Shown: positions 12,745-27,212 of the stretch, piece by piece
Layout: every line of letters starts with the position of its first letter
How positions within the stretch are numbered: position 1 is the stretch's first letter
Assembly (NCBI GenBank): GCA_964016885.1
Contig: OZ024742.1
Span: 197,098,001-197,162,000 of the forward strand
DNA: 64,000 nucleotides
Source of the DNA: Eledone cirrhosa
Lineage: Eukaryota
Direction of reading: 5' to 3'
Made by a program: the position numbers and the translations under genes
Notes under the pieces: model-generated
Seen by the model: the letters and a program-made list of their open reading frames with translations, nothing else
Told to the model about the DNA's origin: nothing
Databases searched by the model: none

Positions 12745-13125
12745 TTTTCCACAAGGCACCAGTACCAGTTTGTTGAAGACCAGCTCCTGCAATTCTTCCA
12801 CTTAATTCAAGCTCCTGCCTTCCATCACTCGTGAACTCGACCCAGAGATACTTGGACTTCTCCATCTGCTACAGTGGAACTCCATTTACATGTAGAGTGC
12901 ACCGTGCAGGCTTCCTTGAGAGGACAAGTGTCTCAGTTTTCGCAGCACTGATTTTCATTCCAGCCATGCAGCATTCGGCATCAAAGCTATCGAATGCATG
13001 TTGGAGATCACCTTCGGTCACCTTAAGTAATACCATGTAGTCTGGACTTTCCAGCTGACTGATTTTACACCCGCCAATCACGATACCTCCTCCATCCCGG
13101 CTGCGCATGTCAATCCTCTTCATGT
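12745..13125 (-). mobile_element. RTE-clade LINE reverse transcriptase fragment, catalytic motif decayed
   Basis: ISQLESPDYMVLL..GMKISAAKTE..EKSKYL..DGR..RIA; homologous to LEFADDMVLL at about 49870. Confidence 0.85.
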
Positions 13126-13346
13126 GTATGCATATATATACATATAATATAAGTTTGGTATAAATATCCAAGGGTAAGAACACTCAGTCCAAAGGACGAG
13201 TTAAGTATAATTATACATCGACTCATGAGTTGGGGTGTATAACCTGTATACCAATTTCCACATAGCATGACTAGTAAAGAAACATTTGTAAGCACTCGGA
13301 ATAAATTACCTTTTTATGATGTCTACCTGTTTTATTAATCATTCTT

Positions 13347-13404
<58 letters not shown>

Positions 13405-13905
13405 GTTAATAAATGAAACAAAATAATACACAGGAAGCAAAATTACAGATATTCAAGACTATACGTGTTGGTCCAATCCAGATTAAACTGCCGTCCCTAT
13501 TCTGAAATCTCAGTTAATGTGTCATATTGGTTTATATAAACCAGGTTAGTCTTTGAGCACTTTTCTGTAGACTTACCATTCCCTTAGCAATTCATCATTT
13601 TATTATGATTGCTACCTATGCTAAAAATTAAGTCATAATTAGTCTTCCATTCAAAAACTGTATTCCCATTTAAGAATATATTCCTGCTTTAACAATTTCT
13701 GTTTGTAATCCAATTCCTTAGGGAATTATTCCATCCATAACGTCAGGCCGATATGGATAGAATTCGAGAATATAATATTGTCTGCCTCGTAAACTGGGGT
13801 GTCGTATTCCTTACTTAACAAGATTTTCCATTCCAGTTTACACACACACACACACACACACACATATATGTATATTTGTGTGTGTGTGAATACACACACA
13901 AGCAC

Positions 13906-13951
<46 letters not shown>

Positions 13952-14097
13952 GATAACACGTTATCGTTATAGGCACTGCACTTAGATGTGGTCCAGTTAG
14001 AGTACACTATCTAGTTATTTTATTTTATTATTGATGTTATTGTTCTGGTTTAATACCACTCCTATATAAAAGCCATGCCTGGAGTATATTCCTCACT

Positions 14098-14220
14098 TTC
14101 GCGTGCTCCGATGAAAACGACTGGTTATAAACAAAATATTGGAGATCGATTGACGCAAAATCAGGCGGGTAACGAACTCTAGACCTACCAGATCGAAGAA
14201 ACAATTGTCAGCAATGTGAA
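14098..14220 (+). ncRNA. Degenerate hammerhead with long stem II in a PLE terminus
   Basis: tgct-CCGATGA(14108)-about 83 nt-GAAA-CAATTG-TC-agca; palindromic stem III, GUC site, U4 to C core change. Confidence 0.5.
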
Positions 14221-14264
14221 TAAAGCCCTTATTGTATAGCGAACCATGTCACTCTTTTTTCTTG

Positions 14265-14306
<42 letters not shown>

Positions 14307-14307
14307 G

Positions 14308-14360
<53 letters not shown>

Positions 14361-14401
14361 ATATATATATTTATATATATATATATATATATATATTTGT
14401 G

Positions 14402-14488
<87 letters not shown>

Positions 14489-14783
14489 ATATATATATAT
14501 ATATATATATAGTTTTGCGAGGTTTTTTATATGAAATCGTGTGTCGAAACAGATATCGTTGCAGATGTGCAACGAAAGATTTATGTAAACTATATATATA
14601 TGTGTTTGTCTATATTGTATCTGTATTATTTTTGACCGCCGGTCAGTCAATGGCAACATTGAGGACCGAGTAAGTTGGATCGCAGATATATATATATAAA
14701 AGACAGCGAGAAGCGAAAACCAACCAAACAGTGAGTGTGTTCTGTTATTAATTCTGGCAATATTACGCAAATATGACCCTCCC

Positions 14784-14960
<177 letters not shown>

Positions 14961-14965
14961 ATATA

Positions 14966-15024
<59 letters not shown>

Positions 15025-15031
15025 ATATATA

Positions 15032-15124
<93 letters not shown>

Positions 15125-15482
15125 GGAGAGGGATCACGTTATTTTAACGAAACATGATTTGAAAATTAAAACAATTAAGTAATTAGGAATCTGCGAGTAC
15201 TTAACCGAGAACAGATTAAGAGACCATAGTTAAATTGCCGGAAGTATCGATTAATAATCTATTAATAAGAAATATCTATTAACGAGATATTTTCTACCGG
15301 ACAATGGTGTACTGAATATAACCATTATTGTGAAGTTAATAGTGAAGAGGTGTAGTTACTGAGAACTGTAAAATATAATGTGTAAAACATCGAGAAATCT
15401 GAAGTTTAGTGAAGTTAGCTAGCTGGAAAGTGTAACTAAGCACGATGTTAATAGCTATTAATGAGAAAATGATGTATAAATA

Positions 15483-15514
<32 letters not shown>

Positions 15515-15519
<5 letters not shown>

Positions 15520-15761
15520 AGGAAAAGAAATCGAAAATGCAACTGGAGTCTATTATGTTTCCTTTACCAATTTCAGAGTTCTTATGCTTTTCAAAAGTAG
15601 AATGAGATGTGGGGTTTCTGGTGTTTTATTTGCGAGTAAAACCACAAACCCCCATCTCATTCTACTATTGAAAAGCATAAGAACTGTGAAACTGGTAAAG
15701 GAAACAAATAAATATTCTTAAAAAAGACTCCAGTTGCATTTTCGATTTCCTTTCCTTATAT
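15515..15761. repeat. Foldback inverted repeat, probable inverted PLE tail
   Basis: aaggaaaagaaatcgaaaatgcaactggagtc..aatgagatg mirrored by catctcatt..gactccagttgcattttcgatttcctttcctt; lies between (TA)n tracts. Confidence 0.85.
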
Positions 15762-15800
15762 TTTACTCGTGTAGAACATGTTTTTTTATTTTAAAAAACC

Positions 15801-15867
<67 letters not shown>

Positions 15868-15894
15868 GTGTGGGATGTTTAAAAACGTCCGTAT

Positions 15895-16024
15895 ACGGTA
15901 TGCCGTTTGAGCACTCGATGCTCTTACAGAGCATCGATCGTACCTCGAGCTGGTCGCCAGAGAAACAATTGCAATATGTCTAATAAATTCTAATTCATCG
16001 CACCACTGATTCTTCGTTTATTAT

Positions 16025-16087
<63 letters not shown>

Positions 16088-16260
16088 CTGATGGTAACTA
16101 AGATGCTTCCATAGGCGGTATGCCGGTTGAGCACTCTATGCTCTTACAGAGCAGAGTATGATATAATATAAAACGAAAAATCAGTGATGCATCTGAACTC
16201 AATTTATTGTGTGTTACAATTGTTTCGCCGGCGGACAGCTCGAGACACGATCATTGTGTG
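15895..16260. mobile_element. Rearranged PLE terminal fragments, direct and inverted
   Basis: cggtatgccg.ttgagcactc.atgctcttacagagca at about 15897 and 16117; GAAACAATTG terminus at 15962 (+) and about 16217 (-). Confidence 0.6.
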
Positions 16261-17479
16261 GATCTGTCTGATTCTGGATCCGCAGGTTCGACGGACACGT
16301 CTAATGATTTCGGAGCAAATTCTTTCACTGGGGTATTACCGTCAAAAACGTCAACCTCTTCGCGCGTCCTGTTATTGGCCGCTGGTTGTCTACGTCATCA
16401 CAATTCTGACCACAGGCATCGTTCGGCTGACCATCAGCTGTCTCATGTCTGCCACACTTCAATGAATTACTGCTGGGTTTGGTAGTTCACACGTCCACGC
16501 GCGCACACACACACACATACACACACACAATCACATAGATAATGACAGTCGTACGCATAGACTCCCACTATACACACACATTTAAGGAGAACATATAAAC
16601 CTATAAACATACGCATACACAGGAGCATGCCTACATGCCTATATACATCAATACACAAACACACACACAGGCGCACACACATGCATACGCGTATATATAC
16701 CCGTACACACAAACACGTACAGACATATACATAGACACCCCACCTTCCTTTTTCCCCATGCACACACACATACACACACGTATCCATATATACAGGCACA
16801 GATACACACTCGCTCGCAAACACACACACACATATATAAATACACACAAACAAGCCCCTTCCCTACAGTTGGTGCTTATGCACAAATACACACACTGGCT
16901 CATATACACTCTTACAAATATGCGCATTTTCACATACACGCCCACGCACGCATAAAAAGATATATATATACACACAAATAGGATATACACACAAAGTCAT
17001 ATAAAGATACACAATGGGTCATACATGAAAGGATGCATCTTGTTATGAACATGTACATACATAAACAATATAACCATATACATATATATATATATACATA
17101 TACATATATACATATATATATATACACATACATATATACATATATATAAAAGAAATATAAAATATATTAAAAATATACATATAACGTCACATAGAGATAC
17201 ACAGTGTGCTATACATGAAAGGGTGCGCCCAGTTGTATGTGTCTACAGAGATGTTGTTACGTTGCGAACATGGATCAAACCACATATGGAATCTTCACGT
17301 AAAGCCACATAATGGGCGTTCATGGTATTACAGTACATAGTATGCGCAGACCGTTCAAAGAAAATGCGTGGAGAAAATATATCAAAAAAGAAAATATATA
17401 CAAAAAGAAGGAACGTGTATGCATATGAGATAGTACACAAGAGAAGTATGAGATACACACGTGGGTCTGTATACGGAAA

Positions 17480-18210
17480 ATACAATAGGTGTTACAAAAT
17501 GGAATACGTGGAGAGTATGGACTCTCTATTGAAAAGATACACATGCATGGGGTGCGTGAACCGGCCATACTGGAGTATGTCACTGTGGTTGAGGTATATT
17601 GTCTTACGGGTGTAAGGCATTTGACTGAAAGTCAATGGAATCCGGGTCAACCTGTCCCGGCTCAGGCGATGTTTTTGCCTAGGTTGACGTGCAGAGTCGG
17701 GTATGCATCCTGGGTTATTTCGGCTTATCCACGGGGCATATGTACTCATCAGGGTATGGTGTCTGATCTCTTGACCCGTTTCGCCGCTCTGGTTGGCGTG
17801 AGCTCCGCCGCATGCCTTTATCCTGGGCTGCCCGGTGAATTCCATGCGGAGAGTGTGCACCTCCTCTGGCGTCTGCACGTCATGATTATTTCCGATTTCA
17901 GGTTGACCGCATCATCCTTCAGTCTGACTATCTCCATGGCCTCGGATAGGCATAGCCTATACTTTCTATTTCCAGCCAAGTATGCATTCGCATGCCGAAC
18001 GATACTCCAGTTAAGGGCATACGGGGTACCTTTGTCTTTCAAGTCCCACACCAGGTCCGCCAGCCTAGTAGAGTGCCTCTTATCTGGTCCTTGAAAGAGT
18101 TCGTGTGGTTATACATTCGCGATTTAAAGGTCGTGGATGTTGCGCTGATGTAGGTACGCTTTATATTGTGCGTGCTAACCACACATTTATATACCAGGCC
18201 CTTCGTTAGA
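17480..18210 (-). mobile_element. Penelope-like element: GIY-YIG endonuclease C-terminus plus 3' region, frameshifted
   Basis: LVYKCVV..TYISATSTTFKSRMYNHTNSF..WDLKD..LNWSIV..YRLCLSE..NLKSEIIMTCR; the 5' side abuts a SINE. Confidence 0.85.
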
Positions 18211-18530
18211 GTCCTGATAGAGTAGTAGGGGCGCCGTATTGACCTACGAAGTTTCTTGGGCATTTTAAGCCTGGCGGAGCCCACCCCTCTCCAGGCCTGT
18301 GTACAGCAGATTTCTTCCAGCGAAAGATAGAAAGTGAGAGAGAGGAAATGAGAAAGAGATATAGAGGAAGAATCGACCCCAGTACAAGACTGGTATTTTT
18401 TTTATCGGCCTCGAAAGAGTGAAAGACAAAGTTGATCTCGGCGGGATTTGAACTCAGAGAGCAAAGAACCGGAACGAATACCGCTAAGCATTCTATCTGA
18501 CGTTCTAACGACTCTGCTAATTCGCCGCCT
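18210..18530 (-). mobile_element. Meta-domain-type SINE, long-tail subfamily, full length
   Basis: Reverse complement of the 55731-56060 type; head ggcggcgaattagcagagtcgttagaacg. Confidence 0.85.
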
Positions 18531-18834
18531 ATATCATTGACAATATAGCCGTGCATAATTTGATTTATCGTAGCTTATCAAGGAAGTAATTATGTCTATA
18601 GATATAAACCAGTGAATGAAAGATTTGGGCTAATATGAGTTTTCACGGTATATTTCGTATGATGTCACATGGTGCATTCATATTGTTAATAGAATTAGTG
18701 ACAACGTTAATTCTATAATTATTTGTATTATGCCTTGTTGAGAATATAATTACTTTTTATGATAAAATATAATTAATATTAGCCAACCTATTTTACGGTC
18801 TACTGAACACACGTGATTTAGATAAACATTTTTT

Positions 18835-19240
<406 letters not shown>

Positions 19241-20116
19241 TAACAAAAGTAAAGTTTAGGTAGGAAGATATTCCACTACGAGCTTTTCATATCTTGTAAA
19301 CCATTTTTACTTTCACGTCACATATTTCTGTTCGTCATAACTAACTATGAAACTGTTTTATTCCAGATAACTTGAATGTCGAAACACTGAAAGCAGGAAG
19401 AAGTCAATGGTCTCTGGGAAATAGGACGTATTTTACCCAACACAATATATTTTCTCAATCAAAAGAATAAGAACAATAGAAATGTTAGTCCAAGTATATG
19501 TTTAATATTACATGTGTCACTGCATTTAACCATTTCGATACTAACCTCACCAAATCTAGTTCGTGTTCTATGAACCAAACATATCCCAAAACAAAAAAAT
19601 AAAACATCAATATTTAAGGGTACCCATTTAAATTAAAATCTACCAATTCCTGTGGGTAACCAACTCCGTGCTGGTGGTAGTGAGTATGGAGGTGGTCTTA
19701 GGGCCAATGACACTGCTACCAATATAATTTCATAAAAGAAACAGTTAAATTACTATCTTAGTAATACAATAATTAGTATTCATTGGAAATCCTTTAAAAT
19801 TATTTATAAATTAATTGAAATACAGTGTTTCTATTTAAATTCTAACCTGGCCAAATATAGTTCTGGTTCTATGTAACAAACAAAAAAAAAAGCAAAACAA
19901 AAAAGAAAACACCCATATTAAAGGGTTCATATGGAAATAAAAATCTTTCAATATAATTTTATATAATAACATTTCAGTCACTTTATTCATTGTATTTACG
20001 GTGTGGGGAATAAATATATATACATATACATCAGGTTCGAAGAATTTCGTTAGAAATACGGTCGTGAAATAGTGAAACTTTAACATGAAAATTTAATCTT
20101 ATCTGTGACAAAATCT

Positions 20117-20327
<211 letters not shown>

Positions 20328-20651
20328 CACGGTTTTTCGGACTTTGGTGTAGCTCCATTAAAACAACTTCAAATCCCCTAAATCCATTCCGTAGCCATGA
20401 TTGGAGGAAAAGAACTATAAGTAATATTACCATATTGTAAATAATATATCTATCTGACTATATATGGGATGTAGTAGTATGTCCATAGTATTTTATCACT
20501 TCCTAAAATGTAATATCGAGATTACGTCACTAAAACACTGTAATTAAAGTTTAACGAGGACTGCACTTTTGAAGAGGAATCCTTTGATAATTAGAAATTT
20601 GTAGGAAATAATTACTAAAGGAAGTCATAAGTGAATAAATAAATAAATAAT

Positions 20652-21065
20652 AATTGTTTCTACTTTTGGCACAAGGCCAGCAATTACCCTAGTACATTAC
20701 TGGTACTTTAATTTACCGACCCCGTAAGGATGAAAGGCAAAGTCAACCTCGGCGGGATTTGAACTCAGAATGTAAAGGGACGTAACTGAATGCCACAAAG
20801 CATGTTGTCTGATGCCCGACCGATACTGATAATCCACCGCCCTAATAATAATGGTTTCTGATTTAGGCACAAGGTCAGTAATTTTGGGGGAGGGAGAATG
20901 TTGATTAAATCGCCCCCAGTGCATGACTGGTACTTTATTTTATCGACCCCGTATGGATGAAAGGCAAAGCTAACCTCGGCGTGATTGGACCTCAGAACGT
21001 AAAGGGACGTAACTATATACCACAAAGCATGTAGTCTGATGTTCTACCGATACTGTCAATCCAAT
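20652..21065 (-). mobile_element. Two tandem Meta-domain-type SINEs, short-tail subfamily
   Basis: Each has ggcacaagg..ccagt..actggtacttta..ggatgaaaggcaaag..aacctcggcg. Confidence 0.9.
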
Positions 21066-22170
21066 AATAATAATTTCTTTTATTGATCACAAGGGTCCAA
21101 AATAATGGGGGCAATACAAGTATGAACAACACCGCAGAGTGGAGTGTCTATCAACAAAAAGAGAACAGTAGATATAACAACCATAATAATTGTAATAGAT
21201 AGTCTTGATGAGAATAGAAAACAATGGCTATAACAGATGACGACTAGGGACAGTTCCCCAATAGTGGAGACAGCACTACAGGTAAAATTCCATTATAACA
21301 AAATTTTCAGTATAACGAAATTGTTTTCAATCCTCGAGGTAATAAATAAACGCTCGATTTGTTTCGATCGATCTCCTTATAAATAATTTTTCGTTACAAC
21401 GAATTTTTTTTTATATACCCCGTGAATTTTGTTAACGGAATTTCACTGTACAGGGTATTTCCAGGACCGCTTCCCCAACAAAAGCCCAGATTAAACTGTT
21501 ATCTAACAGGCAACGAAAGTATCTCCTGGTTTAGAAAAGCGTAATCAAATTAGGCTCAGTCAGCTTAGTCAAACTTTTTGCACTTAGCAGTCTCTTATAA
21601 AACAAACTCGCAGGCAGCATCTCCCTCTCTACCCTAACCTTCCTCCTCGAGTGGTACTTGAAGAAGTTGGTGAAGATTTGGCCAAAGATGAAGGTCCTAT
21701 CCTAAAACCTTTTAGACATTCCACCATACCGCTTCTTTCACCATAATTATCATAAGGAGGAATATTTGCTACACTTCCCTTCTAAAGGAAGGGGCAGTTT
21801 CATTTTTACTGTAGACCCGGCTGTTAATCGGGTCTGGCAATTGTTCAACACAAGTCCACATGTCTGCAATACAGAGACACGGTGACAATGTGCAGCATGT
21901 CTTTGTTGCACTGTGTGCATTTCGGAAAGATTCGGTTGTTACTACTTCCATATCCCTAGTGCTTGCCACCGATTGGTAGCGTCCCTCTGTAGGGCTACCA
22001 TACCATGGAATTTGTGAAATTCTCCATAATCCTCCAGAAGAGTCTGGCTTCAACTGTCCTCAGGAAATCATCACTCATACCTTTTGTTAACCATCTATCG
22101 AAAGCAAGCATTGTTTTTCGACCGCTTATTGCTGTGTTCAGTAGGTAAAGCGCGGCGAGTCTCTATAACA
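21065..22170 (-). mobile_element. Tx1/L1-like LINE 3' portion, decayed and interrupted by a MITE
   Basis: CIADMWTCVEQL..FFKYHSRRKVRVERE; AATAAA and a (TTA)n tail on the minus strand near 21065-21085. Confidence 0.6.
21278..21451. mobile_element. pogo/Tigger-like MITE; inverted copy at 44969-45158
   Basis: TA-flanked TIRs caggtaaaattccatta / taacggaatttcactg; internal gttataacg repeats. Confidence 0.75.
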
Positions 22171-22395
22171 ACAACAACAACAATAGCAACAACAACTAAT
22201 ACAACAACAATTAGTTCGGCTTGAATAACTTCACTAAAAAGAAACCAATAAATTTAACTAAAAAAAAAACGACGATAGCTTCAATATACGGCAAAGAACA
22301 AACCCAACAGAAAGCATATTTTATGTGCTACTTGTGTCTATCACAGAAACTACTTTGTTGACTTTGGAAACACGCTGGAAAATACGATCAGAATA

Positions 22396-22857
22396 TAGTC
22401 TCGGGTCCCAAATAATAGTGGGGCTGGGGTTGGGGTAAGCAGGCGGTGAGGTGGAATAAACAGGGGCGCTGGGGTAAGCAGGGTAGTTGGAATAGCGGGG
22501 GTTAGAATAAGGGGGTGTGGTGAAAAATCTGTATTTTTTCTAGGCTGTCACCGTTGACTCTTTCTAAAACCAGAATTAGTCGTTTAGTCTACAAATTGAG
22601 ACCCCAATCCATCTTATTTATTTTATAACATATGGGATTTCTAGTAATGTTCGTTTTTGGTCATGTACAATGTTTTTTTAATGTATAAAGAAAATTAATT
22701 GTCGTAGGAATGCTACCACTTAAAATATAATTTCGCCAGAGATAGATTAACAAAATTTAATAAGCGGATGGGTTAGAATAAAAGCGGGGGTGAGGATATC
22801 TGAAAAATTAATAAACAGGGTGGAGCTGGGGTGGTAATTATTTGAGACACGAGAGTA
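22396..22857. mobile_element. TIR element, pogo/Tc1-like MITE with G-rich subterminal repeats
   Basis: tagtctcgggtcccaaataat versus attatttgagacacgagagta. Confidence 0.65.
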
Positions 22858-23442
22858 AATAACAAGAAAACTAGGAAATGGAATGCTACCAATAACAATC
22901 AGTACAAGCCTCTTCTAACACAGACTAAGACGAACAACAACAACAAATCAAAACAGAAAAAGCTAACAAAGAACGACTCAGTTAATTGTTACAAGTCACA
23001 ATAATTAATGTATTACAATTGTTTATGTTATTCGTCCACATGTATAGCAAGTATGGAAACAAAAGAAATTACCAGCAAACAGAAATACGGAAACTCAAAA
23101 TGTAACTCAAATAAACATCATTCAACCAAACGCTAGTAAGAATATGGATGTACATACATTGAACTTGAGGGAAAAAAGTACGAAGACTTTTGCACATAGA
23201 ACCTTAAATTTACGACCCCCCCCCCCGGCTAAATAATGGACGTTTATTCTGGTTCTCTCCGCTCTAAATGAAAAGTAAAAAACAAACAGCACTATGATAG
23301 AGTTTATTAAGCCATTGATTTAAGTGATTCCTATATATAAAAATAGAGAGAAAGTGACGTCCGAACGAGTATCCTTCACCTCCAACTAACTTATCCCCCA
23401 AAACTGGTATCCAATGAAACAACTACATCTGCTGACTTGATT

Positions 23443-23630
23443 AATTGTTTCTACTTTAGGCACAAGGCCAGCAATTACCCAGTGCATTACTGGTACTTTA
23501 TTTTATTGACCCCGTAAGGATGAAAGGCAAAGTTAACCTCGACGGGATTTGAACTCAGATTGTAAATGGACGTAACTATGCTGGAAAGCATGGCGTCCGA
23601 CCTTCTACCGATACTGCCAATCCACCGCCC
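23443..23630 (-). mobile_element. Young Meta-domain-type SINE, short tail, with TSD
   Basis: Close match to 30273-30460, 39879-40068 and 41325-41508; ttgattaat duplicated on both sides. Confidence 0.9.
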
Positions 23631-23809
23631 TTGATTAATGATGTTGTTTCTGTAGTATTGTTTTAAATGAGAGGCCTGTGCTATTTATTCATAACTCTAT
23701 CACCATAAAATTGTTACCTGAGTATTATGATCTAGACATCAAAATATAGAATACTACCGGCCTCCAGACCCCCCTCCCCTAGTTTGTACTGTGTTAAAAT
23801 ATATTCATA

Positions 23810-24010
23810 GGCCAGCGTATGGACCCCCATTTTCTCATAATAGTGAGAGACGTAGGCAGTGACAGTGGGAGTTTGGTTCCTTTGTGTTCGGACCTGGTGT
23901 ATATGTTTTTCATAGCTATGTATAGTTTATTTAACATTGTCTTCTGTGGTTCCCTTACCCGAGTACTCCATAACACTCGTATCAGAGACGGATGTAATAA
24001 TAATAGATAA
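23810..24010 (+). mobile_element. CRE-like element 3' UTR fragment
   Basis: ggccagcgt..tcataatagtgagaga..cagtgggagtttggttcctttgtgttcg, shared with 40741-40840, 44860-44910 and 57480-57560. Confidence 0.7.
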
Positions 24011-25460
24011 GTTTTTTAAACTTATAAATAAACTTTCACATACTGGATTGTTTAGGCATTTATTGTCATCTGTCGTAATCTCCATTTTCCTTAGAGTAAG
24101 AGATTATCGAAAAAACAAAAAGATAACACTGAACGTGTCAAAGTAACCATAACTCTCTTGGTAGGAAATGAAAATACATAGAAATATGGATACTAGTAAC
24201 ATCTTAATTTGGTTTAAGGTTAGAGGTAAAAGAGAAGTGAATCCTCGCACCTTTCTACATTTAGACGATTTTATTTCAGCACCCACTTTGCTATTTTATC
24301 GTCCCTGGAAGAAAGTAAAAAAGGGGTTGCTCTGGTATGACTTGAACTCAAAATCAGGACGCTGTACTTGAAACCATTGTGAACACAGGTATGGTCAAGT
24401 GGTTAAGGAGTTCGTTTTGCAATCATTACGACCCGGGTTCAATATCATTGCATGACATCTTGGGTAAGCGTGTGAGTGAGATTATGTAGACGAAAACTGT
24501 TTGGAAGCCCGTGAGATGAATTGAGTGTTACGCAGAATCTCCCTGAAAATTACGGGTAGACATGTTTGTGGAATGCTCACTAACAACGTAATGTCGTAAG
24601 GAGGTCCACCACACACGGCCACTAGGTTACCAACAACATATCAGAGCCTGTTGCAACTTTAACGGCAACAAAATCCAAAACATGAGATACGAATATGATA
24701 TATTTTATTCAGTTGATATTCTACAGTCTGCAGGAAAAATTGACGTTGGTATGGTACTGACACTTTTTTTATTGACCTCGGAAGGATGAAAGGCAAAGTT
24801 GACCTCGACGAGTTTTGAACTTGGAGTGCAGAGAGCCGAAACAGATAAAGCAAAACATTTAATTCAAAGTTCTGAAAACTCTGCCAATTCACCGCCTCGA
24901 CATCTTATTAGATGTTAGATAATATATTTAAACATTAAATACTAAAAGTGAATTGATAAATAAACAAATTCTACATTAAAATAACGTTGGTAGGGCTGGC
25001 CTGTAGTTATATGATTTATTTTGTTGTAATAATGTTGCATGCCCGGATGAATGAGTTTAGCTAAAGTATGTTTATTCAGCAAGAAATATATACTTGGTGC
25101 TGATAAATGATCTTCAGCTTGAAAGCTTCTGTTGATAAGTCTGTCAGTGATTACGTCTAATTCATTCATAGTCTACAGTTTGTTTACATACACACACATA
25201 CATGCACACACACATACATATTCATACTCACTTTATATATACATATGCATATACATGTACATACGCACATATATACATATGCATATACATGTACATACGC
25301 ACATATATACATATGCATATACATGTACATACATATATATAACATATGCATATACATGAACATACATATATATACATATGCATATACATGTACATACGCA
25401 CATATATACATATGCATATACATGTACATACATATATATACATATGCATATACATGTAAA

Positions 25461-25660
25461 TACGAGTGTAGGATGAAAGGTTCATAGGCTGGGTGTGAAG
25501 GAGTGATGATAGAGTTGTAAAATCTTGCATGGATTAATTTTAACTCTTCTTATTAATAACTACATTGTTTCTGTCCATGGACTATGTTGAAAAATAAACC
25601 TCATTTGGTCATTCCACAAGAGTATCTTGGTCAGCCTATGGATTTTTCAGCCGACCCTTG

Positions 25661-25662
<2 letters not shown>
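25461..25662. mobile_element. mariner-like MITE; partial copies at 25762-25848 and 42600-42700
   Basis: TA-flanked TIRs tacgagtgtaggatgaaaggttcataggct / agcctatggatttttcagccgacccttgta. Confidence 0.8.
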
Positions 25663-25691
<29 letters not shown>

Positions 25692-25718
25692 TTAAAGCTT
25701 TCTCTGTTAATGTATTAA

Positions 25719-25763
<45 letters not shown>

Positions 25764-25896
25764 GGACTATGTTGATAAATAAACCTCATTTGATCATTCA
25801 ATGAGAGTATCTTGGTCAGCCTATGAAATTCTCAACCAGCCCTCGTATATATATATGCATATATACATGCATATATATAAATATATATATATATAT

Positions 25897-25974
25897 ACAG
25901 GGTGTCCCAAAAATGTATACACACTTCAACAACATTCTAATAAAAGTGTATATACATTTTTTGGGACACCCTGT
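25897..25974. mobile_element. Tiny Tc1-like MITE; relatives at 28956-29056 and 29452-29560
   Basis: TIR cagggtgtcccaaaaatgtatac / gtatatacattttttgggacaccctg. Confidence 0.85.
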
Positions 25975-26519
25975 GTGTGTGTGTATACATATATATAGAG
26001 AGATTTATGTATGTGTGTGTGTATGTGTGTGTATGTGTATGTGTGTATGTGTGTGTGCATGCATGTATGTATGTACGATGTTGAAATAATACTGCGAGAA
26101 AAACAAAGAAAGTAAAGTATTGTTGAAGAAATATTGTAACAGGAAACATGGAAAACTAAAGAAAAGTCTCTGAGGCGACAGAAGAATGGAAACTTAATCT
26201 AAGTAATGTTGTGGTTCATCTAACATATATGTAGCATAGCATAGCTGGAGATTATATTTCACAGCAAGACTATAGAAAATAGAAAGTGTACGACAGAAGG
26301 AAAATAACCGAACCACAGTACGTAAATAATAAACAGAGCTGGTGTTTAATTCATTGCTAAAGAGAAGTGGTTTCATTCAAATAGATTTTTCAGAGAAGTA
26401 GATTTGACGTACTTCCGTAAAAACGATGAAGATATATTTTAACACATATCGTTATTTTCATGTAAATCACCCTTACAAGAAATGTATATGAATGAATCTG
26501 TAACTTCTGATGGAAGCGA

Positions 26520-26625
26520 CTGGCATCGTCGTGACATCTTGAACACTTTAAACTTGGTGGAGCCCCCCCCCCCCCCCCCCCACAGGTTTGACTACAGCTG
26601 ATTTCCTCCAGAGAATAAGAGAGGA

Positions 26626-26660
<35 letters not shown>

Positions 26661-26882
26661 GAAAGAGAGAGGGAGAAAGAGAGACACAGAGAGAGAGAGA
26701 GAGAGAGAGAAATATAGAGGAAGAATTGGCCCCAGTACTGGACTGGTACTTTTTTATCGATTCGAAAGGATACAAGGCAAAGTTGACTTCGACCGGATTT
26801 CAACTCGGAAAGGGCAGAGAACTGGTACGAATTCCACGAAGTATTCTATCCGACGTTTTAATGACTCTGCCAATTCGCCGTC
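26520..26882 (-). mobile_element. Meta-domain-type SINE, long tail, with internal microsatellites
   Basis: Head ggcgaattggcagagtc, core ccagtactggactggtactttttt. Confidence 0.8.
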
Positions 26883-26976
26883 TACCATTCCAAGGAAACG
26901 GAATCCAATTATCAGCATTGGCTAGCTAATTGCTCACCAGTAGAACTCTCTAAATGTTATTCAGGAACTTGAATAT

Positions 26977-27088
<112 letters not shown>

Positions 27089-27180
27089 AGATAGATAGAT
27101 AGATAAGGATTATACTAGTTTTAAACTGTTAAAACTATTCAAACGGAAAGAACTCAGCCGTCGGGCCCTGACTCTCTACT

Positions 27181-27212
<32 letters not shown>

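Noticed and set aside
13400-13840. Possible decayed LINE on the minus strand
   Set aside because: No diagnostic motif could be read
16207-16485. GC-richer 92 aa ORF as a host exon
   Set aside because: Overlaps an inverted PLE terminus; no splice or homology support
17690-17790. Complete hammerhead in the 3' region of the minus-strand PLE
   Set aside because: CTGATGA and GAAA are present, but no matching stem I strand or cleavage triplet is in register
19367-19470. Candidate exon after ttttattccag
   Set aside because: No convincing donor and an unrecognised peptide
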